Assembly (NCBI GenBank): GCA_964423095.1
Contig: CAYRDI010000006.1
Coordinates: 1-61,064, forward strand
Origin: an uncultured Micavibrio sp.
GTDB lineage: Bacteria; Pseudomonadota; Alphaproteobacteria; Micavibrionales; Micavibrionaceae
Direction: 5' to 3'
Length of the DNA stretch: 61,064 bases
Below the pieces are notes generated by a model. The model made no database searches and had not been told where the DNA came from. It worked only from the letters and a program-made list of their open reading frames with translations. Positions 37,348 through 44,756 of this stretch are shown here, piece by piece; position 1 is the stretch's first letter, and each line of letters begins with the position of its first letter. Both the position numbers and the translations under genes were made by a program.

Positions 37348-37899
37348 ATGAAAGATATTCAAAAGGATGTGCTTGATTTCTGGTTTGAACAGACCCAGCC
37401 CGCCCAGTGGTTTCAGGTCAATCCCGCGTTTGACCAGGAGATTCTGGAAAGATACGCCGACGGGTATGATCTGGCCTCCCGCGGTGTTTATGACGACTGG
37501 AAAAATTCTTCCGATGGTTGCCTTGCGCTTTGTCTTCTGCTCGACCAGTTTCCACGCAATATGTTTCGCGGCACGCCAAAGGCCTTCGCGACGGACGGCA
37601 AGGCGTTGGTGATGGCCAAGTACGCGTTGGCCAAGGGGTTCGATCAAGTATTAACCCCGATCAAACGCCGCTTTTTGTACTTGCCGTTCGAACACAGCGA
37701 AAACCTGAACGACCAGCGCAAATGCGTCGAGTTGTTCGATAAAATGAAAAAGGACGATCCGTTGGGATATGATTATGCGATGCGCCACCTGAAAGTCATC
37801 GAACAGTTCGGCAGGTTCCCGCACCGCAATAAAATTCTATCCCGTACGAATACGCCCGAAGAGGAAGACTACCTTGCCCAATCGGGTGCAGGCTTCTAA
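37348..37899 (+). CDS. DUF924 family protein
   Basis: VLDFWF....WF....FD.EI, LLLDQFPRNMFRG and the FPHRN ending are the DUF924 pattern. I start at MKDIQKD. Confidence 0.78.
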   Translation: MKDIQKDVLDFWFEQTQPAQWFQVNPAFDQEILERYADGYDLASRGVYDDWKNSSDGCLALCLLLDQFPRNMFRGTPKAFATDGKALVMAKYALAKGFDQVLTPIKRRFLYLPFEHSENLNDQRKCVELFDKMKKDDPLGYDYAMRHLKVIEQFGRFPHRNKILSRTNTPEEEDYLAQSGAGF

Positions 37900-37929
37900 C
37901 ATGGATGAATCGTTAAGGAGATTCATCCC

Positions 37930-39636
37930 ATTACACCTTCGCTTGTCCTTTTAAACATCATTGCCGGCGTCTGCCTCCTCTTATGGGGTGTGGCGTTGTT
38001 GCGCCTTGGTGTGACGCGCGGTTTCGGGGCGGAGCTGCGCCGGTTTTTATCTGTTTGCGCGGGGAATCGCTTAAAGGCGTTTTTTGCGGGGCTCGGAATG
38101 ACCACGCTCTTGCAAAGTTCGATGGCGACGACCTTGATCGTGACGGCGTTCGCGGGGCAGGGGCTGGTGAATGCCAGTACGGGGCTCGCGATCATCCTTG
38201 GGGCCGATGTCGGCACCACGTTGGTGGCACAGGCTTTCTCGATGGACCTTTCCAGGCTGATGCCCATTTTAATGGTCATGGGATATATCGCTTACAGCAT
38301 GGAGCATTCCGGGCGTATCAAGAATGTCGGACGCATTTTGATCGGCATTGCGCTGATGTTGCTGGCACTGGGATTGATCCGGAACGGCGCTGCCCCGTTG
38401 AAAGAATCCGAGACGTTGCCCTTGATTTTGGGGCCGGTTTCCAAAGATCCGTTTTTTGCCGTTTTACTCGCCTGTCTTTTGACATGGATTGCGCATTCGT
38501 CCCTGGCCATTGTCTTGTTGTTGATGTCATTGGTCGCGGGCGGTGTTTTACCTTTGGTGGTCGGGATCTACATGGTGTTGGGGGCCAATATCGGCGGTAC
38601 GATCGCGCCGTTGATCGCCACCTTGCGTGACAATCCTGATGCCATGCGTATTCCTTTGGGGAATATGTTGATCCGGATTGTGGGGGTTTTGACCGTAATA
38701 CCGTTTATTGGATTTGCATTGCCCCATCTTGAAAATCTTCATGCGGACCATGCGCGGCAGATTGTCAATTTTCACACTGGTTTTAATATTCTGCTCGCGG
38801 TTGTGGCACTACCACTGACGGGGGTATTGAACAAGCTGCTCAAGGCGGCATTGCCCGACCGGCCCGTGGTGGATGATCCAGGCCGCCCGAAATATCTGAA
38901 CGACAAGGATCTGGATATGCCTTCCGTCGCGCTGGCCTCTGCCGCCCGCGAAACGCTTCGCATGGGCGACGTTATCCAGAAAATGCTCGAAGATACATTG
39001 ATCGTTCTCAAAAAGAACGATGAAAAGCTGCTCGCCAAAATCAAAGAAGAAGACAACACGGTCGATAAAATCTATTACAACGTCAAAAATTATATGGCGC
39101 GGCTGAGCCAAGAATTCATGTCGCCCGAAGAGGCACAGCGTTACGTGCAGATTTTGACGTTTTCAACGAACATCGAACATGTGGGCGATGTGATCGATAA
39201 AAACCTTATGCCGCTCGCGCAAAAGAAGATCAAGAACCAGAACCACTTTTCCGATGCGGGCTTTCAGGAAATTGAAGCCATGCACCGCCTTGTCCTTGAG
39301 AGCGTACAGCTCGCACAATCCTTGTTTATTTCCGGCGACATTGATTCCGCGCGGCGTTTGATCGAAGGCAAGGAAATCATCCGACAGGCGGAAATCGATG
39401 GCATGGCCACGCACATCCAGCGTCTGCGCGGCGGAGTTCCCGAAACCATTGCCACCAGTTCATTGCACCTTGATATTATCCGCGATTACCGCCGTATCAA
39501 CACCTATATCTGTACGGTGGCGTTCCCGTTGCTCGAAGAAAAGGGCGAAATCCGTAAATCAAGACTGCGCAAACCCAAAAAGGATGATGCCAAGAATACG
39601 GGAGGCAGCGATGACAACCTATCAAAAGATAATTAA
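37930..39636 (+). CDS. Na/Pi cotransporter family protein with PhoU-like C-terminal domain (YjbB/NptA-like)
   Basis: QSSMATT and GANIGGT repeats of Na/Pi-II transporters plus a PhoU-like tail. The frame is open from 37918. The first canonical start (GTG 37990) would remove most of conserved TM1, so I propose the ATT at 37930, 9 nt after AAGGAG. The start is uncertain. Confidence 0.8.
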   Translation: MTPSLVLLNIIAGVCLLLWGVALLRLGVTRGFGAELRRFLSVCAGNRLKAFFAGLGMTTLLQSSMATTLIVTAFAGQGLVNASTGLAIILGADVGTTLVAQAFSMDLSRLMPILMVMGYIAYSMEHSGRIKNVGRILIGIALMLLALGLIRNGAAPLKESETLPLILGPVSKDPFFAVLLACLLTWIAHSSLAIVLLLMSLVAGGVLPLVVGIYMVLGANIGGTIAPLIATLRDNPDAMRIPLGNMLIRIVGVLTVIPFIGFALPHLENLHADHARQIVNFHTGFNILLAVVALPLTGVLNKLLKAALPDRPVVDDPGRPKYLNDKDLDMPSVALASAARETLRMGDVIQKMLEDTLIVLKKNDEKLLAKIKEEDNTVDKIYYNVKNYMARLSQEFMSPEEAQRYVQILTFSTNIEHVGDVIDKNLMPLAQKKIKNQNHFSDAGFQEIEAMHRLVLESVQLAQSLFISGDIDSARRLIEGKEIIRQAEIDGMATHIQRLRGGVPETIATSSLHLDIIRDYRRINTYICTVAFPLLEEKGEIRKSRLRKPKKDDAKNTGGSDDNLSKDN

Positions 39637-41113
39637 GGACAACGGATTGTCCGGCCTGACCAAGGGCGATTTGCCGGTTTACACGCCGATTGATGGCAGC
39701 CTGATCGGCAAGGTTCAAACGCACAAGGTTTCGGATGTCAATGTGATGGTCAAGCGCGCGGCGAAAGCCTTTTCCGCATGGCGAACCGTTCCGGCACCGG
39801 TGCGCGGGGAATTGGTGCGGTTGCTGGGCGAAGAACTACGCGCGAACAAGGATGCGTTGGGGAAACTGGTCACGCTGGAGGCCGGAAAAATCCTGTCCGA
39901 AGGTTTGGGCGAAGTGCAGGAAATGATCGATATTTGCGATTATGCCACGGGATTGTCGCGCCAGCTTTACGGTTTGACCATCGCCTCCGAACGTCCGGGT
40001 CACCATATGCGCGAAAGCTGGCAACCGCTGGGCCCTGTCGGTGTCATATCGGCATTCAACTTTCCTGTGGCGGTATGGTCGTGGAATGCGGCGATTGCGT
40101 TTGTGTGCGGCGATCCGGTGATCTGGAAGCCATCGGAAAAAACACCTTTGACGGCAATGGCGTGCGCGAAGATTTTTGAGACCGCTGTTAAAAAATTCAA
40201 AAAGGCGGGACACGAATGCCCGGATCACCTGTTACAGGTTTTGATCGGGAAAGGCGATGTGGGGCAGGCCTTGTCCGCCCATAATGGCGTGCCGTTGATC
40301 AGCGCGACGGGCAGCACGCGCATGGGCCGTGCGGTGGCGCAAACCGTGTCTGCGCGGCTTGGTCGTTCCTTACTGGAACTTGGTGGAAACAATGCCATGA
40401 TCGTGTGCCCGTCCGCGGATATTGATATGGCCGTGCGCGCAATTTTGTTCGGGGCCGTTGGCACGGCGGGACAGCGTTGCACGTCCTTGCGCCGTTTGAT
40501 CGTGCATGAGGATGTAAAGGCAAGACTGTTAAAGCCTTTGAAGAAGGCCTATGAATCTGTCCGGATCGGCAATCCGTTGGAAAGTAAAACACTGGTTGGC
40601 CCGTTGATCGACGGGGCCGCGTATGAAGGCATGCAGGCGGCCTTGAACGATGCAAAGCTGGCGGGTGGAAAAATCCTGACCGGTGGCGTGCGTAAAAAAA
40701 CGAAGGGCGGATTTTATGTATCACCCGCGATTGTCGAAATGAACGCCCAGACGGATGTAGTGATGCATGAAACCTTCGCGCCTATTTTATATGTGATGAC
40801 GTATAAGAAATTCGAAGACGCCATCGCCCTGCAAAACGATGTCCCGCAAGGATTGTCTTCGTGCATTTTCACAAAGGATGTGTGCGAAGCCGAAAGATTT
40901 TTATCCGCGAGCGGAAGCGATTGCGGCATTGCCAATGTCAATATCGGGCCGAGCGGGGCGGAGATCGGCGGCGCATTCGGCGGCGAAAAGGAAACGGGCG
41001 GCGGCCGCGAAAGCGGATCGGATTCATGGAAATCCTATATGCGCCGGCAAACCCAGACAGTGAATTATTCCACGCACCTGCCGCTCGCGCAGGGGGTCGT
41101 TTTCGACGTGTAG
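39611..41113 (+). CDS. Aldehyde dehydrogenase, ALDH7/piperideine-6-carboxylate dehydrogenase-like
   Basis: 500 aa from MTTYQK. ELGGNNA and GTAGQRCTSLRR (catalytic Cys) motifs. It overlaps the 3' end of the transporter gene by 26 nt. Confidence 0.88.
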   Translation: MTTYQKIIKDNGLSGLTKGDLPVYTPIDGSLIGKVQTHKVSDVNVMVKRAAKAFSAWRTVPAPVRGELVRLLGEELRANKDALGKLVTLEAGKILSEGLGEVQEMIDICDYATGLSRQLYGLTIASERPGHHMRESWQPLGPVGVISAFNFPVAVWSWNAAIAFVCGDPVIWKPSEKTPLTAMACAKIFETAVKKFKKAGHECPDHLLQVLIGKGDVGQALSAHNGVPLISATGSTRMGRAVAQTVSARLGRSLLELGGNNAMIVCPSADIDMAVRAILFGAVGTAGQRCTSLRRLIVHEDVKARLLKPLKKAYESVRIGNPLESKTLVGPLIDGAAYEGMQAALNDAKLAGGKILTGGVRKKTKGGFYVSPAIVEMNAQTDVVMHETFAPILYVMTYKKFEDAIALQNDVPQGLSSCIFTKDVCEAERFLSASGSDCGIANVNIGPSGAEIGGAFGGEKETGGGRESGSDSWKSYMRRQTQTVNYSTHLPLAQGVVFDV

Positions 41114-41143
41114 GTGCGTTTGTAAGGGGCCGAGTCCCGCATC

Positions 41144-41159
41144 TTAACGTATGCTTAAC
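41144..41159 (+). promoter_or_regulatory. CtrA-box (TTAA-N7-TTAAC), perfect match
   Basis: TTAA CGTATGC TTAAC, inside the 264-nt intergenic region upstream of the DUF465 ORF. Confidence 0.45.
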
Positions 41160-41377
41160 GCATCTTATGGTAACTTTAAGAAATGTGGGCCGGAAGATTC
41201 CGGGCGGCGTTCTTGTGTTCAAAGGGTTTGAAAAGACAGACAAAAACACGTTTTGATTTCCTGACGGGTTTTTGTAATTAAATTTCCTTCCAATGACAGT
41301 TTGCGCAAGCCTGTTTCCTGTGCCTATAATTTAAAGACACCAAACATTCAAACCTGTCGTTCGAAAGGAGATCGCCT

Positions 41378-41545
41378 ATGCCTAACACATCTGCGTCCCA
41401 TCTTGAGGCTTTGCAATCGAGACATCGCGCTCTGGCTCACAAGATCGAGCTGGAACAATCAAGACCGGGATCCAGCGAATGGTATATCAAGGCTCTGAAG
41501 CGGCAAAAGCTCCACCTGAAGGAGCAAATAGAAGGGGTTGGATAA
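41378..41545 (+). CDS. DUF465 (YdcH-like) small protein
   Basis: 55 aa, below the track cutoff. AAAGGAG SD 7 nt upstream. The pattern L..RH..L...I........D..I..LKRQKL.LK..I is typical of DUF465. A strong terminator follows. Confidence 0.62.
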   Translation: MPNTSASHLEALQSRHRALAHKIELEQSRPGSSEWYIKALKRQKLHLKEQIEGVG

Positions 41546-41576
41546 CAACCGTTCATTCCCGAAACGGAATGAAAAA

Positions 41577-41606
41577 AGCGGCCCTTTTCGGGGCCGCTGT
41601 TTTTTT
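41577..41606. terminator. Bidirectional rho-independent terminator
   Basis: AGCGGCCC/GGGCCGCT 8-bp stem flanked by A6 on the left and T7 on the right. It serves the DUF465 gene (+) and the convergent DUF1013 gene (-). Confidence 0.7.
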
Positions 41607-41620
41607 GAAAAGATAGACGC

Positions 41621-42322
41621 TTATTCGCCTTTGCTTCCACCCGTGTTGGACAGGAAGTTTGAAAAATCGAACCCGCTGAAAATACCTTCTTTCGGGTTTC
41701 TTTCTTCGGGTTCTGGTTGTGCGTTCTGTTGTTGCTGGGCGGCGCGTTCGGCCTTGACCTGGGCCGGGTCTTTTCCTTGCGCGCGCAGGCCTTTTTCCGA
41801 TGCTTTTTCCAGTTCCATATAGGTGCAAAGACCAAGATCCGCCGGATGGCGCGGCTTGATGTTCGCGCTGTTCGGGTGCGTGCGGTCGCGCACGGACTGG
41901 ATGGTTGGCTTCGTGGTCCCGACCAGCTTGGTGATCTGCGCATCCGAAATTTCCGGATGGTTTTTGATGATCCAGGCAATGGCATCCGGTTTGTCGGAGC
42001 GTTTGGATACAGGCGTGTATTTCGGGCCTTTGGCGCGAACCTTTACGGCGGGGAGGTCTTTGCGCGGGCGCAGGACTTTCATTTTGTATGTCGGATCGGC
42101 TTTTGCCTTTTCCAGTTCGGCGGCATCCAGTTCATGATGTTTAACCGGATCGCGGCCGACGATACCACGGCCAACTTCTTCATCGGCAATCGCCTTGATT
42201 TCAATGACGTGCAGGCCGGTAAAATCCGCGATCTGTTCGAATTCCAGGGCGGTGTTGTCAATAAACCATACGGCCGTTGCCATCGGCATGACCAGCACGG
42301 GTGCATCTTGTGTTTTGCTCAT
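41621..42322 (-). CDS. DUF1013 family protein (alphaproteobacterial, putative cell-cycle regulator type)
   Basis: I start at MSKTQDAPVLVMP. LVMPMATAVWFIDNT.L.F.QIA.F and IIKNHPEISDAQI.KL.GTTK.TI..VRDR.H.N are the conserved DUF1013 blocks as I recall them. Confidence 0.78.
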   Translation of the reverse strand: MSKTQDAPVLVMPMATAVWFIDNTALEFEQIADFTGLHVIEIKAIADEEVGRGIVGRDPVKHHELDAAELEKAKADPTYKMKVLRPRKDLPAVKVRAKGPKYTPVSKRSDKPDAIAWIIKNHPEISDAQITKLVGTTKPTIQSVRDRTHPNSANIKPRHPADLGLCTYMELEKASEKGLRAQGKDPAQVKAERAAQQQQNAQPEPEERNPKEGIFSGFDFSNFLSNTGGSKGE

Positions 42323-42493
42323 TCTTTTCTCCACTCGCAAGACATAGGGGATCGGTGCCGAAACGCCCCATTCGTTTCAACCTGTTTGACATCCAAAAAT
42401 GTCGGGGAACGCAGTCACTATAATGGCCGAGGCTTAAAAAGCAAGGAAATTTCCACTCTTGGCGAAAAAGTCCGGTTTTGCTAGGGTTCGCCT

Positions 42494-42676
42494 ATGTTTG
42501 ACGATGATTTGGACCCAAAAACCAAGACCCCGAAAAAGAAAAACCTCGAACCCATGTCGGTGGACGAGATTGCCGCCTATATCGAGGCTTTAAAAGCTGA
42601 AATCATTCGTGCCGAGGCTGAAATGGCAAAGAAAAAAGCCTATGCCAGCGCGGCTTCGTCCTTCTTCAAAAGCTGA
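42494..42676 (+). CDS. DUF1192 family small protein
   Basis: 60 aa. LEPMSVDEIAAYIEALKAEIIRAEAEM...K matches the DUF1192 pattern. Confidence 0.68.
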   Translation: MFDDDLDPKTKTPKKKNLEPMSVDEIAAYIEALKAEIIRAEAEMAKKKAYASAASSFFKS

Positions 42677-42762
42677 TTTTTGATATTCTCCAAGACCCTT
42701 GCCATGGCCATGGGGCGGCGGTAAGGTATGCAGCTGTTTTTAAACCGTAACGAAAGGCCTGT

Positions 42763-43158
42763 GTGATGGAAGATATTGAACAAAGACTGCGCGAAAGCAC
42801 GGATGCCTGTATCAAAGCGCTGGAACACTGGATCAAACAGGAAAAGAGTTTGGAGAGCCGCGAATCCCTGATGGAGGCGATGCACGAAGTGCGTAAGGTC
42901 GTTTCCCGTATGGAAATCGAAATCGCGATCAGTGAACGCGACCGCCTCGGGTCTCGCCCCATTCCGATTCCTCCGCACAGATCGTCCCGCAAAGGACCCG
43001 GTGAGGAGATGGATGGCGGCGACATGGATATGGGTGATGCCCAACCGCGTCAGGGTGGGGGCGGCGGTGGCCGCAACAATAACCGTCCGCGCCGTCCGAT
43101 GAACCGCGGGAACAATGATGGTAACGGGAATTCCAACCCCGGCAATCAGGCGCAATAA
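42763..43158 (+). CDS. Hypothetical protein with helical N-terminus and Gly/Asn/Arg-rich disordered tail
   Basis: 131-aa ORF, no family recognised. Coding is supported only by length and position. Confidence 0.45.
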   Translation: MMEDIEQRLRESTDACIKALEHWIKQEKSLESRESLMEAMHEVRKVVSRMEIEIAISERDRLGSRPIPIPPHRSSRKGPGEEMDGGDMDMGDAQPRQGGGGGGRNNNRPRRPMNRGNNDGNGNSNPGNQAQ

Positions 43159-43169
43159 ACCCGCCAGTC

Positions 43170-43883
43170 TTAAAAGGAATCCTTGCGGGCCCGAAGGCCC
43201 GCAAATTCTTTTGGGCTTTGTGTTTTTAAAAACGGATTGGTTTTCAGTTCCGCAGATAAAGATACGGGCAGGGTGGGCTTACCGGTGCGGCGTAGCGTCT
43301 CGACTTCATCCATCCTCGCTTTTAAATCCGCGTTGTCCCTATCTTCGGTGATGGCAAAACGCCCGTTGCTTTGCGTGTATTCATGGCCGCAATAAATCAT
43401 CGTATCGGCGGGCAAGGTTTTTATTTTTTGCAGGCTTGTAAACATATCATCCGCGTGGCCTTCCATCAAACGGCCGCAGCCGAGCGAAAAAAGCGTATCG
43501 CCGGTAAAAAGAGCCTTTTCGCGCGGAGCATAAAAAACCACATGGCCCATCGTATGCCCCGACGTTGCGATTACAAAAAGATCAATGCCGCAAATAGTGA
43601 GCGTATCGCCATCCTTTACGCCCCGATCCATCCCTGAAATTTTTGATCGTTCCGCATCCGGCCCGATGACAGGAATGTTATAGCGTTTTTTTAAATTCGC
43701 GTTTCCCGCAACATGGTCGCCATGATGGTGGGTGTTCAGGACGGCAACGGGGCGTAAGGTGTAACGGTCAATAAATTTTGTAACGGGATCGGATTCACCG
43801 GGATCAATGATTACGCAGTCCTTGTTCGTTCCTTCCAGAATATAGGCGTAATTGTCTTTAAGGATGGGGATGATATGGATCAA
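43170..43883 (-). CDS. gloB: Hydroxyacylglutathione hydrolase (glyoxalase II)
   Basis: 237 aa. ILKDNYAYIL, THHHGDHVAGN and the CGHEYT metallo-beta-lactamase motifs. Confidence 0.92.
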   Translation of the reverse strand: MIHIIPILKDNYAYILEGTNKDCVIIDPGESDPVTKFIDRYTLRPVAVLNTHHHGDHVAGNANLKKRYNIPVIGPDAERSKISGMDRGVKDGDTLTICGIDLFVIATSGHTMGHVVFYAPREKALFTGDTLFSLGCGRLMEGHADDMFTSLQKIKTLPADTMIYCGHEYTQSNGRFAITEDRDNADLKARMDEVETLRRTGKPTLPVSLSAELKTNPFLKTQSPKEFAGLRARKDSF

Positions 43884-44755
43884 TGGGTGTTTTCCCCCGC
43901 GCCGATTTCAACCGTACCCAAAGCATCCGCAAGCCGGGATTGGGCCGCGCCGGGACGCAAGGGTTTTTGTTGTGATTCATGCGGCGCCCAGCCCAGAAGA
44001 AATATGATTTCGAAACTGGCGAAAATGCGTCCATCGGGTTCCGCAAATTTTTGGGCGTAGAGTTCGGCGGCCCGCAAAAACAGGCGGCGCGGTGTAAATG
44101 TTTTTTTTCGGTTTTGAATGGCGTTTCCTTCGCCCATCCACCGCAAATCATGCATCAGGTTGAATATGGAGCCGTAGGTCACGGTCACGATTTCGGAATC
44201 GACGACAGGCAGGGAAAATCCGGCCCGTTGCAACAACGCCCCCATTTGCGGTTTGTCGGCAAACGGGGCCACGCGCGGCGATATTCCGCCCATGAGTTCC
44301 AGTTCAGCCTCTTGCAGGCAGGTACGGAGTTCATGAAGCGTTTCACCACCCAGAATTCCCGCCACAAACAATCCGTCTGGTTTTAAGGCTTTACGGATTT
44401 GTAACAGTGCGCCGGGAAGATCATTGACCGTATGCAGATTGAGCGCACTGACCACAAGATCCAGCGAGGATTCTTTGAACGGAAGGAAGTCTTCTTCGCA
44501 AAGAACGAGATTTTCTTTTTTCCGCATTGAAACGGAATCGCAAATGATCAGGTTTTCCACGCCTGCAGCAGTTTTTTCAAAAGGTTTTCCGCGTGCGCCG
44601 ATTTGCAAGGCGATCGGAAAGGTACGTTTGACCACATTCATCCGTTCGACGATTTGATCCATGGTCCAGTCGATGAGGAAGGTATGGTTCGCGGGGGCTT
44701 GCAGGGAGCGGTTTCGTTGGCGGGCGATTTGTGCGCGATCAAAGACCGTGATCAT
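43880..44755 (-). CDS. Class I SAM-dependent methyltransferase (NDUFAF5/BioC-like)
   Basis: I start at MITVFDRAQIARQRNR. LDLVVSALNLHTVNDLPGALLQIRKALKPDGLF is a Methyltransf_11-type core. The ATG sits 1 nt after the upstream gene's stop. Confidence 0.78.
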   Translation of the reverse strand: MITVFDRAQIARQRNRSLQAPANHTFLIDWTMDQIVERMNVVKRTFPIALQIGARGKPFEKTAAGVENLIICDSVSMRKKENLVLCEEDFLPFKESSLDLVVSALNLHTVNDLPGALLQIRKALKPDGLFVAGILGGETLHELRTCLQEAELELMGGISPRVAPFADKPQMGALLQRAGFSLPVVDSEIVTVTYGSIFNLMHDLRWMGEGNAIQNRKKTFTPRRLFLRAAELYAQKFAEPDGRIFASFEIIFLLGWAPHESQQKPLRPGAAQSRLADALGTVEIGAGENTH

Positions 44756-44756
44756 C

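Noticed and set aside
41437-41985. 182-aa minus-strand ORF overlapping the DUF465 gene, the terminator and the 3' part of the DUF1013 gene
   Set aside because: It is in a different frame of the same strand as the well-supported DUF1013 gene and runs through a strong terminator. Its product is Arg/Pro/Ser/Lys-rich.
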